A DNA stretch of 63,971 nt, the filler included, from Lama guanicoe (taxonomy: Eukaryota), in NCBI GenBank assembly GCA_013239625.1. It is 199 parts of 199 records of this genome, joined end to end, with 100 filler letters (N's around TTAATTAATTAA, not from the genome) between each part and the next. Parts side by side here need not be neighbours in the genome. Positions count along the whole stretch, not along the records: positions 24,790 to 25,011 come from PNXV01040963.1; positions 25,112 to 25,333 come from PNXV01040964.1; positions 25,434 to 25,655 come from PNXV01040965.1; positions 25,756 to 25,977 come from PNXV01040966.1; positions 26,078 to 26,299 come from PNXV01040967.1; positions 26,400 to 26,621 come from PNXV01040968.1; positions 26,722 to 26,943 come from PNXV01040969.1; positions 27,044 to 27,265 come from PNXV01040970.1; 191 more parts are not named here. One strand, given 5' to 3'. A program made the translations under genes and the position numbers. Under the pieces are notes generated by a model that saw only the letters and a program-made list of their open reading frames with translations, made no database searches and had not been told where the DNA came from. This document shows positions 24,690 through 36,924 of the stretch, in pieces; position 1 is the first letter of the stretch, and every line of letters begins with the position of its first letter.

Positions 24690-27045
24690 NNNNNNNNNNN
24701 NNNNNNNNNNNNNNNNNNNNNNNNNNNNNNNNNTTAATTAATTAANNNNNNNNNNNNNNNNNNNNNNNNNNNNNNNNNNNNNNNNNNNNGAACAGATCCC
24801 TTTACTGAGCCAGAGGTGCCCCTTTAGAACTTAAACATATGTTCTTCCTCATTTCAATCTTCTAGCTTTAGGACCAGGTACTGGAAAGTTTTTAACAGCA
24901 TGGTTTGTATCAGCGTAAAATTGGGTATAATTCAAGGGCCCATCAGTAGTGGAGCAGAGAAGTCAATTGGGATTATATGTGTGATGCGGTGACAATAGAG
25001 GACCCCCAGCTNNNNNNNNNNNNNNNNNNNNNNNNNNNNNNNNNNNNNNNNNNNNTTAATTAATTAANNNNNNNNNNNNNNNNNNNNNNNNNNNNNNNNN
25101 NNNNNNNNNNNTATCCTCCTTTCAAAGAAATCTGAAATTTGCTTCCAACTAACCCTATCAGCTTCAATTACCTAATTTCACTTCAACCGCTCACTTCAAA
25201 TCATACACCAGACGCTATGCTTGTGACCATAATATTTCTGCTCCATGACAATGTTATGCATTAATGAAATAATATATATAAATAAAACAAAATAATAATA
25301 TAATTCCATCAAAGTTTCTTCAACATAAAACAANNNNNNNNNNNNNNNNNNNNNNNNNNNNNNNNNNNNNNNNNNNNTTAATTAATTAANNNNNNNNNNN
25401 NNNNNNNNNNNNNNNNNNNNNNNNNNNNNNNNNAATGTTCATATTTTCATGATATTATCTGTGCATTGTAAATGTGAAATCTCATGTTTTGTATGTTAGG
25501 CTTATTGTAGTCTTGTATTTTGATTTAAAATATTACTAAAATTTTTCCCTTTGATTGTAGGTGCAGATCTACCATAATTCAAATTTTAAACGAGTCTTTC
25601 CCCAGTTTTTAATCAGAATAAAAAGAAGAGTTGGGATTAAAAATGCCTCTCTGGTNNNNNNNNNNNNNNNNNNNNNNNNNNNNNNNNNNNNNNNNNNNNT
25701 TAATTAATTAANNNNNNNNNNNNNNNNNNNNNNNNNNNNNNNNNNNNNNNNNNNNTGACACAGCATTGTAACTGACTGTATTTCAATTAAAAAAAGAAAA
25801 AGAAAAAGAAAAGAAATGATAAAATTTAAGGAAGCAGATCCAAAAGCAACACACAAAAGATTTTAAAAATCAATCATTTGCCTCGATACACGGGGTTTTG
25901 AAATAAGAACTGTTTCACCAGGAAGTGGTTTTTTGTAAGGATGAAGTTAATTTCCGTCCATTTTTAAGGATTCAAGGNNNNNNNNNNNNNNNNNNNNNNN
26001 NNNNNNNNNNNNNNNNNNNNNTTAATTAATTAANNNNNNNNNNNNNNNNNNNNNNNNNNNNNNNNNNNNNNNNNNNNCCAGATTTAGGACAACATGTAAT
26101 GGTACAAAGATGAACCCTTCAGAATCCTATTGCTAAGATTTGTGAGGTGTTATTGTAGAGAATTATATAATGATAAATACATTGTAAATACATTATTTTG
26201 TTGTTATAAAAGGAATTCCCTCAGAATGCTTTGGGCTGTGAAATTTTGCGGTTATCAGAAGTGTTTCTCCAACTGGAAAGGAGAACAGGGCAGTTTGGGN
26301 NNNNNNNNNNNNNNNNNNNNNNNNNNNNNNNNNNNNNNNNNNNTTAATTAATTAANNNNNNNNNNNNNNNNNNNNNNNNNNNNNNNNNNNNNNNNNNNNT
26401 ACCCAGACTTGCAGCAGTGATTTTGAAAAAGAAGATAGAATTTTTAAATACTTTCTTTAAATAGCAGTTTTCTTCACTACATATATACCAGTAGAAAAAT
26501 AAACACGTAAGAAATACGTCAATCAATTCATACATAACCATTAAGTGCTACATCAAACCTACCTTTACAGCGCAGTAATCAAAAAATCCAGTTTCTGAAA
26601 ATATGGCTACTAAGATCATCTNNNNNNNNNNNNNNNNNNNNNNNNNNNNNNNNNNNNNNNNNNNNTTAATTAATTAANNNNNNNNNNNNNNNNNNNNNNN
26701 NNNNNNNNNNNNNNNNNNNNNCTCAAAAGCAAAGAACAATAGAAAACCCAAGAAACACACTGTCAGGTGAGAGTGTGCACTGCTGTCGCCTACACATGGT
26801 ATTGAGGGAACAGTGAGGAGGGCATCACACTCTTTATGGACAGGTCCCCCTGCTGCCAGCATCTGCGCCCTGTCCCCCAGCCCTTCACAGTGTAAGCCTT
26901 TGGGAGACATGCGCTAACAAGAACAACCGGTAAGGTTCAGACANNNNNNNNNNNNNNNNNNNNNNNNNNNNNNNNNNNNNNNNNNNNTTAATTAATTAAN
27001 NNNNNNNNNNNNNNNNNNNNNNNNNNNNNNNNNNNNNNNNNNNAG

Positions 27046-27060
27046 CCAGCAGGTGGCAGC
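27046..27060 (+). promoter_or_regulatory. Candidate CTCF core motif
   Basis: CCAGCAGGTGGCAGC matches the CCASYAGRKGGCRS consensus. Confidence 0.45.
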
Positions 27061-29297
27061 ACCACAGTTGGCTTCACCTCACCGCTCTGAGGTGCACACC
27101 CACAGCCCTGCATCATAGACTTTGTGCCAGGATTTTCACAGCTACCTTGACAAGCAGATGTAATTGGTCCTGCCCCACTGAGGTGCAGGTAGGCTGGAGC
27201 GAGGAAGGTGGAGCTCGAGAGCTGGAAAGAGAGCTCAGTCTCTCCTTCTTTGGAGTCCAGAGCTCNNNNNNNNNNNNNNNNNNNNNNNNNNNNNNNNNNN
27301 NNNNNNNNNTTAATTAATTAANNNNNNNNNNNNNNNNNNNNNNNNNNNNNNNNNNNNNNNNNNNNGCTGGATGTCTTATGGGATAGATGACTAGTAACAT
27401 GATACCAAAAAAAAAGAAAAAAAAAACTTAACAGAGGATCGGAGGAAGATAACAGCAAAATGAGACATCTGAGGCTCCCCGAAATGATAGCTTCCCTGGT
27501 TAGTCCAGGGTCTGGCTCTCAGCAACGCCTGGAGGGGGATGCGATTCTGCCTCTGATTTTGTCAAAGTGCTACCTGTACAGGGATCCNNNNNNNNNNNNN
27601 NNNNNNNNNNNNNNNNNNNNNNNNNNNNNNNTTAATTAATTAANNNNNNNNNNNNNNNNNNNNNNNNNNNNNNNNNNNNNNNNNNNNGGTGCATGCTAAG
27701 CACACACTCTACCCACTCCCCCATTGCCAGCTACCTCACACCATCGGCTGTGGAGCAGTCCTTCTGTCCTCCACTCACCTTCAGCAACTGCTTTGTCGTA
27801 AATCAGGTTTCTGTATACGCACAGGTCTGTTTCTGGTCTATCCCCTTCCATTGGTTGTTTGTCTGTTCCTGGACGAGTGTCACAGTGTCTTACGGTTGCA
27901 GCTCTATGANNNNNNNNNNNNNNNNNNNNNNNNNNNNNNNNNNNNNNNNNNNNTTAATTAATTAANNNNNNNNNNNNNNNNNNNNNNNNNNNNNNNNNNN
28001 NNNNNNNNNCTGAATGTTTGTTGATTTGGTTTAAAACATCACGCAAACCTGAACATTTATGAACTATAATCTACATTTCCAACATTTGTAAAAGGTTCTA
28101 ACATATTTACCACTACCCAAGTAAGAAACATGAGTCATCACTACTCTCCATTTCCTTCTCAACTCCATGTCTAATCACCTCAATATCTAATTAATCACCC
28201 AATCCTCTTAAACATCTCTCACATCCTTTCANNNNNNNNNNNNNNNNNNNNNNNNNNNNNNNNNNNNNNNNNNNNTTAATTAATTAANNNNNNNNNNNNN
28301 NNNNNNNNNNNNNNNNNNNNNNNNNNNNNNNATAAACATGCAGCTGCCATAAGAGAGAGAGATGACAATCATATGGGAGGAACTATGGAAGAAACCTTTG
28401 TCCTTTGCTGTCTCAGGCCAGAAGCGGTCTTTGGAGAAACACCGGGAGCAGACCCTCCACCTGGTTTCTTTCCATCCGAAGGCACCCCGCTCGGCGCTGG
28501 CACCAGGAAGTCGGGCAGGGTGTCATGGTGCTGGCTCTGCAGTTCACAACCACNNNNNNNNNNNNNNNNNNNNNNNNNNNNNNNNNNNNNNNNNNNNTTA
28601 ATTAATTAANNNNNNNNNNNNNNNNNNNNNNNNNNNNNNNNNNNNNNNNNNNNATGGCTAAATCTCCTTCCATCTAGAGGTCTTATGATTTCTTTTTTTT
28701 TTAACTTGGCTCTAGAATCACACAACCAGACTCTATTCACCTTGTGTTTGTATATTTAACCAGGCTGAATAGAGAGCTTAGTTGTTGATTTTTTCCACAT
28801 ATTATTATACATTTTAAGTGGTCCAATATTTTTGAAAACTCTTTGAAATGATATTGTACAGTATATGCTACAATTNNNNNNNNNNNNNNNNNNNNNNNNN
28901 NNNNNNNNNNNNNNNNNNNTTAATTAATTAANNNNNNNNNNNNNNNNNNNNNNNNNNNNNNNNNNNNNNNNNNNNCACCAAAAGAGACCAGAATAATCCA
29001 ATCCCAACCTTCAGTCAGATTCAGCCTTTCCCTTCCTTATGTTCTCATTAGAGTTTCTTCATATATAGCATTTAGTAAACTATCATTGAACTTTTCTGTA
29101 TACATTTCCTATTTTCTCAAGCTGGAAGGTAAAGACTGTATCTTCTTAAACTCTGGAGTACTGCTTTCCCTGATTTTATGCTTCCGAAATAGTTATTNNN
29201 NNNNNNNNNNNNNNNNNNNNNNNNNNNNNNNNNNNNNNNNNTTAATTAATTAANNNNNNNNNNNNNNNNNNNNNNNNNNNNNNNNNNNNNNNNNNNN

Positions 29298-29519
29298 TAC
29301 TGGGTCTTGTTTTTTACCCACTCTGACAATTCTGTATTTTAATTGGTGCACTTAGACCATTGACATTGACAGTGATTATTGATATAGTTGCATTAATGGC
29401 TACCATATTTGTTACTGTTTTCTCTTTGTTGTCCTTGACCTTTGTTTCTTTTTTGTCTTCCACAAAGAAGGCATAAAAATGCCCTCTCTGATTTGACTTG
29501 AGCATTTTCCAATTCCATT
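29298..29519 (-). mobile_element. LINE-1 ORF2 start (endonuclease) fragment, old
   Basis: Minus translation NATISIITVNVNGLSAPIK matches the L1 ORF2 N-terminus (ISIITLNVNGLNAPIKR). Confidence 0.85.
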
Positions 29520-31551
29520 NNNNNNNNNNNNNNNNNNNNNNNNNNNNNNNNNNNNNNNNNNNNTTAATTAATTAANNNNNNNNNNNNNNNNNNNNNNNNN
29601 NNNNNNNNNNNNNNNNNNNATAAGGAGAGTTTCCCTGAGGAAATGGCAATTGCATAGTGATCTAAAGGATATTAACCAGCCAAAGTGAGAAAGGGAGAGT
29701 TTCTAGGCAGATGGAATCGCTTATAAAAAGGTGAGGAGAAATCGGGGGTGACTGAATAAGCCTAAATTAAGAAGACCTTCCTGGGGAGGTCGTGGAAGGT
29801 AGGTCAGACACATGGTGATTAGTCCTTAAATGATAATAGAGNNNNNNNNNNNNNNNNNNNNNNNNNNNNNNNNNNNNNNNNNNNNTTAATTAATTAANNN
29901 NNNNNNNNNNNNNNNNNNNNNNNNNNNNNNNNNNNNNNNNNCAGAGGAAGCCCATGGACGTCTTCTTGTTTTGATCACATAACACTTCATCGAAGAAGAA
30001 GGTGGTGGAGGGGATGGAAAACTTAAGAGAGAAAACTAAGGAGAGAAGCTACAGCTTTTGAAACTTCCAACATCTTAATATGAAACAGTACTAGTTTTTT
30101 GATTTAGGGAAATACGTTAATTGCATCTCCTCATTTTAAAATAGGAATAGGCAAATGGGAAAANNNNNNNNNNNNNNNNNNNNNNNNNNNNNNNNNNNNN
30201 NNNNNNNTTAATTAATTAANNNNNNNNNNNNNNNNNNNNNNNNNNNNNNNNNNNNNNNNNNNNTGGGGCTGGTTCCCTGAACCCCGAATCCTCTGGAATT
30301 CCCATTTCCCCCAATTCCGAGGCTCCAGTGAGATCTTTGCTGGCAGTGGGTTGCATTACAGGAGAGGCAACCGAAGCCTCTGGAAGCTGAATTTTTTGGA
30401 CACAGACCTGCAGGGAGGTTCTGTCTTCATCACCCTGAACAGTAAGCCTGCCAGGTGTTTGTCCGGGGGAAGTCACTCTTCCTCTNNNNNNNNNNNNNNN
30501 NNNNNNNNNNNNNNNNNNNNNNNNNNNNNTTAATTAATTAANNNNNNNNNNNNNNNNNNNNNNNNNNNNNNNNNNNNNNNNNNNNCAGATAAAACTAGAA
30601 TTGGAATCTAAGTTTCATGTATTTCAAAAAGATTAAAATTTTTTTAGATGATAAAGACAGTGATATAATGGTGAGCCTGGTGGCCAATATCTACTGGTAG
30701 TCTCACCTTGTGGAGGCTTGTTCACAGTCTGGAGGATGACTTAAGCAACTCACAAAGGCTTGGAATTCCTCTTTCATTCAATGTGGCCACAGAGGGGAGA
30801 TAATTAGNNNNNNNNNNNNNNNNNNNNNNNNNNNNNNNNNNNNNNNNNNNNTTAATTAATTAANNNNNNNNNNNNNNNNNNNNNNNNNNNNNNNNNNNNN
30901 NNNNNNNTTTCCTTCCAGGATCCTCTTCATGGTCAGGTCATGTACCCAGGAGAGAAGATAAATCACATGATACTCAATAAGAATCACTGTTCCTGTATCA
31001 TAATTATAAAAGTCTTGGTATTTATGTCCACATAACTCTGCATTGCTCCCGGAGGAAGCAATAAAAATGGAGCGTGTGGACAGGACATGGGCTGCAAAGA
31101 GAAAGAAAGGGAGGTGTGAGCAGCAGTGANNNNNNNNNNNNNNNNNNNNNNNNNNNNNNNNNNNNNNNNNNNNTTAATTAATTAANNNNNNNNNNNNNNN
31201 NNNNNNNNNNNNNNNNNNNNNNNNNNNNNATATTTTTGGTGCTATCATAGATAGTAATGTTTTAAAATTTTATTTTCTTATTATTTGTTGCTAGTATATA
31301 GAAACATAATTGAGTTTTGTATATTGCCATTATAATCTAAAACCTAATTAAGTTAACTTATTTCTAGCAACACTTTTGTAGATTTCTTAGGATGTGGTCC
31401 ATACATATTATATTATCTGTGAATAAAAACAGTTTTAAGTTTTTTCATTTCNNNNNNNNNNNNNNNNNNNNNNNNNNNNNNNNNNNNNNNNNNNNTTAAT
31501 TAATTAANNNNNNNNNNNNNNNNNNNNNNNNNNNNNNNNNNNNNNNNNNNN

Positions 31552-31772
31552 ACTTCTTTACAAAACAGAAACAGACTCACAGACATAGAAAACAAACTCA
31601 CGATTACCAGGAGGGAAAGGGTAGGGGGTGGTGGGATAAATTGGGAGCTCAATATGTGTAGATACTATTAAATATACAATAGATAAACAACAGGTTCACA
31701 GTCTAGCACAGGGAACTATATTTAATAACTTGTAATAGCCTATAATGAAAAAGAATATGAAAAGGAATATAT
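31552..31772 (+). mobile_element. LINE-1 3' UTR fragment, artiodactyl-type
   Basis: CAAAACAGAAACAGACTCACAGACATAGAAAACAAACT...TAGCACAGGGAACTATAT...GCCTATAATGAAAAAGAATATGAAAAGGAATATAT. Confidence 0.92.
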
Positions 31773-32516
31773 NNNNNNNNNNNNNNNNNNNNNNNNNNNN
31801 NNNNNNNNNNNNNNNNTTAATTAATTAANNNNNNNNNNNNNNNNNNNNNNNNNNNNNNNNNNNNNNNNNNNNTCTGGTTAGAAAAATCAGGCACATGAAG
31901 TTTAGTTACATTTAGTTTTCACTTTCAGTAGGAATCACTGTAAGCCCATTCTGAGGATCCTGCTTTCTAATTCTTTGGTGTTTTTTTCCTTATTAGTATA
32001 ACTAGCCAAGGATAGCAAAATTTCATTTTTTTCCAATTAAAATTCATTACCACTATACACAAAAATCAGTCTTAAATTGTTAGTTACATAGCCANNNNNN
32101 NNNNNNNNNNNNNNNNNNNNNNNNNNNNNNNNNNNNNNTTAATTAATTAANNNNNNNNNNNNNNNNNNNNNNNNNNNNNNNNNNNNNNNNNNNNGCAGGC
32201 CCGGCACTGGCTGGTTTCGGTCATTCCAGGGCCCTGGGGTGGGGGGCCGTCCCTGGTTGTCTGGTGCCAGGCCCTGAGTGATTAGGGCAGGGGGACAGTG
32301 GCCCATGGTGAGACCCCCATAGAGTAGGTGGGGACAGAGGTGGGCTCTGGGTTGGTTGCTTTGCATCTGAAAAGCACACTCCTGGGGCGAGTTGTTAATC
32401 TCTCCAGGAACTGAGCNNNNNNNNNNNNNNNNNNNNNNNNNNNNNNNNNNNNNNNNNNNNTTAATTAATTAANNNNNNNNNNNNNNNNNNNNNNNNNNNN
32501 NNNNNNNNNNNNNNNN

Positions 32517-32738
32517 TTATTAGAAAATATTTGCTGTATCCCCCGTGTTGTACATTATATCCTTGTAGCTTATTTTATACCTAATAGTGTATATCTCTCA
32601 ATCCCCTACCCCTGTACTGCCCTCCCCTCTCCCTTCTTCCTACTGGCAGCCACTAGTTTGTTCTCTACATCACTGAGTTTGCTTTGTCATTGTTGTTATA
32701 ATCACTAGTTTGTTGTATTTTTGAGGTTCCACATATAA
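32517..32738 (-). mobile_element. LINE-1 3' UTR fragment
   Basis: Antisense of the same L1 3' family: CCCGTGTTGTACA.TATATCCTTGTAGCTTATTTTATACCTAATAG...CCACTAGTTTGTTCTCTA...TTCCACATATAA. Confidence 0.85.
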
Positions 32739-34770
32739 NNNNNNNNNNNNNNNNNNNNNNNNNNNNNNNNNNNNNNNNNNNNTTAATTAATTAANNNNNN
32801 NNNNNNNNNNNNNNNNNNNNNNNNNNNNNNNNNNNNNNCTGATACATGCTGAAGTTTGAGAACCACCGTTTTAGGTAAAAAGAAAAAGACAAACTATATT
32901 TATAGGCTTATATTTAAGTATTGAAGCTCCGTTCTGCCCTTAAAAGTGAGGCATGCACCTGATTTGGTGAGATTACACCAAATTAAAACATGGTTTTTTC
33001 ATCATATACTGCATTTTATAAGTACGTACAAATGTCATGTCTGTGGATTTTCTGATTAAGNNNNNNNNNNNNNNNNNNNNNNNNNNNNNNNNNNNNNNNN
33101 NNNNTTAATTAATTAANNNNNNNNNNNNNNNNNNNNNNNNNNNNNNNNNNNNNNNNNNNNAAGCCTTCTCACCAGCCAGAGAAGCCCTTGCGTTCGGCCA
33201 CCGAAATGTCACCGCAGTGCGCTGAGCCCTCCTGACTAATACATTACGGAAATATGTCCAGGGAAAAGGCTGCTACACACAGTGTAAAGGTGAGGTCAGC
33301 GTTGGCAGGATAAAAAGTTCGTGCTCTGAGACCATCCAAGGGTGCAGAGAACAGGGGTTCTCTCCTGGTGCTCTGACTTCCCNNNNNNNNNNNNNNNNNN
33401 NNNNNNNNNNNNNNNNNNNNNNNNNNTTAATTAATTAANNNNNNNNNNNNNNNNNNNNNNNNNNNNNNNNNNNNNNNNNNNNGAAAATACAGCTAGAGGA
33501 ACTTCACTTCTACCCGCACATGTGTGTGTGTTTTCACACCGGTAACAGCTGCGGCAGAGGCTTTATGTCTCTCAGCGTGGGAACCACATTCTGAAGATGT
33601 TATTAACAAACTGGATCTTGTCCAGAAAGCAGTAGGCAGACTAGGCACTTAAAACCATGTCAGCATGGAAAGGAGACTCGAGAGGGCTGTCTTGGGGGAA
33701 AGGGNNNNNNNNNNNNNNNNNNNNNNNNNNNNNNNNNNNNNNNNNNNNTTAATTAATTAANNNNNNNNNNNNNNNNNNNNNNNNNNNNNNNNNNNNNNNN
33801 NNNNTCCAACAGTTGTTGTCTGTGGTGCTTTATTTGGGGCTTTGTTTATTTCCTCAGAAATGGATTTATCATCCCCCAGAATTCTCAGGACCAATAGGGA
33901 AAGGAGACTGGGGTCTTCAGTATTTAACACGTAGACATGTATTCATCCAGCTGCCTCAGTATATTTCATTGTCCAGGTGTGCTCAGAGTCCCTGAATCCT
34001 AAGTCTTTCTGACTCATCCTCTCACGNNNNNNNNNNNNNNNNNNNNNNNNNNNNNNNNNNNNNNNNNNNNTTAATTAATTAANNNNNNNNNNNNNNNNNN
34101 NNNNNNNNNNNNNNNNNNNNNNNNNNGTAAATCAACTATGCTTCAGTTAGCAAAAGATTAAGGCAAATGCCAAGTGTTATGGTGTTACCACTTATTAGAT
34201 CACTTAAATAATTGTATTCGTAGAAAAATTCTAAGTGGTTAAATGCTGCTTTTTTAATCATTGGGTAAGAGACCAGTTAATCCAGAATACCTGAACATGA
34301 AGACCAAGGGGTCAACTTTTCTTGTTTTATGCTTCATTATTTTTTTTTNNNNNNNNNNNNNNNNNNNNNNNNNNNNNNNNNNNNNNNNNNNNTTAATTAA
34401 TTAANNNNNNNNNNNNNNNNNNNNNNNNNNNNNNNNNNNNNNNNNNNNGTACAGATCTGAGCCTCAGAGGCTCCCCCTAAGTCCCACTGATCTCTCCATT
34501 GGAGAGGGGGAGACCCAGTGAATAAGCGCTATTCCTCCTTCACTGCTCCCTCTCCGCAGGATCGGTCCTGTGCTGTTTTGCTTTTTCTTCTTTCTTTTTT
34601 CCTTGTCTCCTACCAGATTTGTGGCATCTTTTTCTTTTGAAGAGGGCAATGTTCTGTTGGAGTTCAGCAGNNNNNNNNNNNNNNNNNNNNNNNNNNNNNN
34701 NNNNNNNNNNNNNNTTAATTAATTAANNNNNNNNNNNNNNNNNNNNNNNNNNNNNNNNNNNNNNNNNNNN

Positions 34771-34992
34771 AAGATTGACAAATATTAACCATTATATATA
34801 AAATTAGATTTAAAAAAAAGTCTTCTGTAGAGCACAGGGAACTATATCCAATATATTGCAATAGCCTTTAATGAAAAAGAATATGAAAATGAGTATGTGT
34901 GTGTATGTGCATGATGGGGACATGATGCTGTGTGCCAGAAATCGACACATTGTAACTGACTCTACTTCAATAAAAAATTAAGAAATAAAAAT
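34771..34992 (+). mobile_element. LINE-1 3' terminus with A-rich tail
   Basis: AGCACAGGGAACTATATCCAATAT...CCAGAAATCGACACATTGTAACTGACTCTACTTCAATAAAAAA. Confidence 0.9.
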
Positions 34993-36058
34993 NNNNNNNN
35001 NNNNNNNNNNNNNNNNNNNNNNNNNNNNNNNNNNNNTTAATTAATTAANNNNNNNNNNNNNNNNNNNNNNNNNNNNNNNNNNNNNNNNNNNNCCTTCCTC
35101 CCTCCCTCTCTTGCCTCTTTTTTAATAACTAAAAATCTGTTATATCTAACCATTAAATACTAGTGTTAAAAGACAAAGCCACTTTGGAGAGTCCAACCAC
35201 ATTTTAAATGTACTGCTATCACCTCTTGCAAATATACTAAAGGTGTTCTTAAAATCTTGATTTGTAGCACTTTCTTATGATTTTATGAGGCACCAAGTTA
35301 TTCCTGGTGTTAATNNNNNNNNNNNNNNNNNNNNNNNNNNNNNNNNNNNNNNNNNNNNTTAATTAATTAANNNNNNNNNNNNNNNNNNNNNNNNNNNNNN
35401 NNNNNNNNNNNNNNCATGTGAAGTGGTTGGCAGCAGGAAAAGCGAGCCCTCAAGGGCATTCAGTTGGTGAGCAGTGCGTCCCTTTCAGCAGCCACCAAGA
35501 AATACAAATCTACCCACCAGATTGTGTTGTTTTAGTCCATGCTGAATTTCATGGAGTATAAATTCTTGTCCAATCTAAGCACATCTTTTCATAATAATTA
35601 ACTTCTGTGCCTTGTGAGCAGAAAAGTGGCATCAGCNNNNNNNNNNNNNNNNNNNNNNNNNNNNNNNNNNNNNNNNNNNNTTAATTAATTAANNNNNNNN
35701 NNNNNNNNNNNNNNNNNNNNNNNNNNNNNNNNNNNNCTCTTGTTCCTGGTGACCTCACCTCTGTTTCTACTGGGATTGGGCCTGGTTAAACCTGACAGCC
35801 AGCCTCAGTCGTGAGGAGAAGCACTTAAAGACGAGAACATAAAGGAAGCAGCCAACGAGATAGTCACGTCACTCTAGTGATGTCAGCCACCATCGGCCCA
35901 TCTATCCCAGGGTCACTGCATATCCAGCTATAGAAGTTAAGCCTGCCAGACTGTGTGANNNNNNNNNNNNNNNNNNNNNNNNNNNNNNNNNNNNNNNNNN
36001 NNTTAATTAATTAANNNNNNNNNNNNNNNNNNNNNNNNNNNNNNNNNNNNNNNNNNNN

Positions 36059-36280
36059 CTTGTTACATGTACTCAAATGTATTGTCAGAGTTTAATAGAG
36101 AGGAAACTTTTTATGTGGTTATGAATACAATATCTATAGTACAAACTTTGCCGTTTAAATGTTCATGAACTGGCTGTGGAAACTTAAGCATATTACCTCT
36201 TGGTCTCCGTTTCTGCACCTTCTATATAGACAAATGCCTTTTAGCACGATTGAATAAATTTGGTTTAAAAATAATACAAT
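36059..36280 (-). repeat. Partner bubble arm of 9016-9237
   Basis: Reverse complement of 9016-9237 with 9 substitutions. Confidence 0.95.
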
Positions 36281-36702
36281 NNNNNNNNNNNNNNNNNNNN
36301 NNNNNNNNNNNNNNNNNNNNNNNNTTAATTAATTAANNNNNNNNNNNNNNNNNNNNNNNNNNNNNNNNNNNNNNNNNNNNAGCACTGGGACGCCCTCTTC
36401 AGCTACGTGGAGCGGTTCTTTTCCTCCCCGAGGTGATGCTGGCCCCAGGAGGCCATGCTCCCTACCGTCTGGCCAGTGCATGCAGCGAGGACTCAGACAG
36501 CAGCATACCTACTCTGAAGTTTTCTACAGCAACAAGAGAGTTGAGTGAATTCATTTACATTTAGAATAATGTTTTTTTCTTCAAAAGACGCAATTGCAAT
36601 AGNNNNNNNNNNNNNNNNNNNNNNNNNNNNNNNNNNNNNNNNNNNNTTAATTAATTAANNNNNNNNNNNNNNNNNNNNNNNNNNNNNNNNNNNNNNNNNN
36701 NN

Positions 36703-36924
36703 TGAGAGGGCATCCTTGTCTCGTTCCTGGTCTTAGAGGAAAATCTTTCAACTCTTCATTGTTGAGTGTGTTTGTTGTGGGCGTGTCACACAAAGCCTTC
36801 GTTATGCTGAGGTGTGTTCCTTCCATATCAAATCTGTTGTGGGTTTTTATCATGAAAAGATGTTGTATTTTGTTTCATGTTTTTGTCCTGCAGCTGTTGA
36901 GATGGTCGTGTGATTTTTATCTTT
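36703..36924 (-). mobile_element. LINE-1 ORF2 reverse transcriptase fragment
   Basis: Translation EELKDFPLRPGTRQGCPL contains the L1 RT motif GTRQGCPLS. Confidence 0.92.

Noticed and set aside
25540..25655. Splice-acceptor-like TTTTTCCCTTTGATTGTAG/GT
   Set aside because: All three downstream frames stop within the contig and no product is recognisable.
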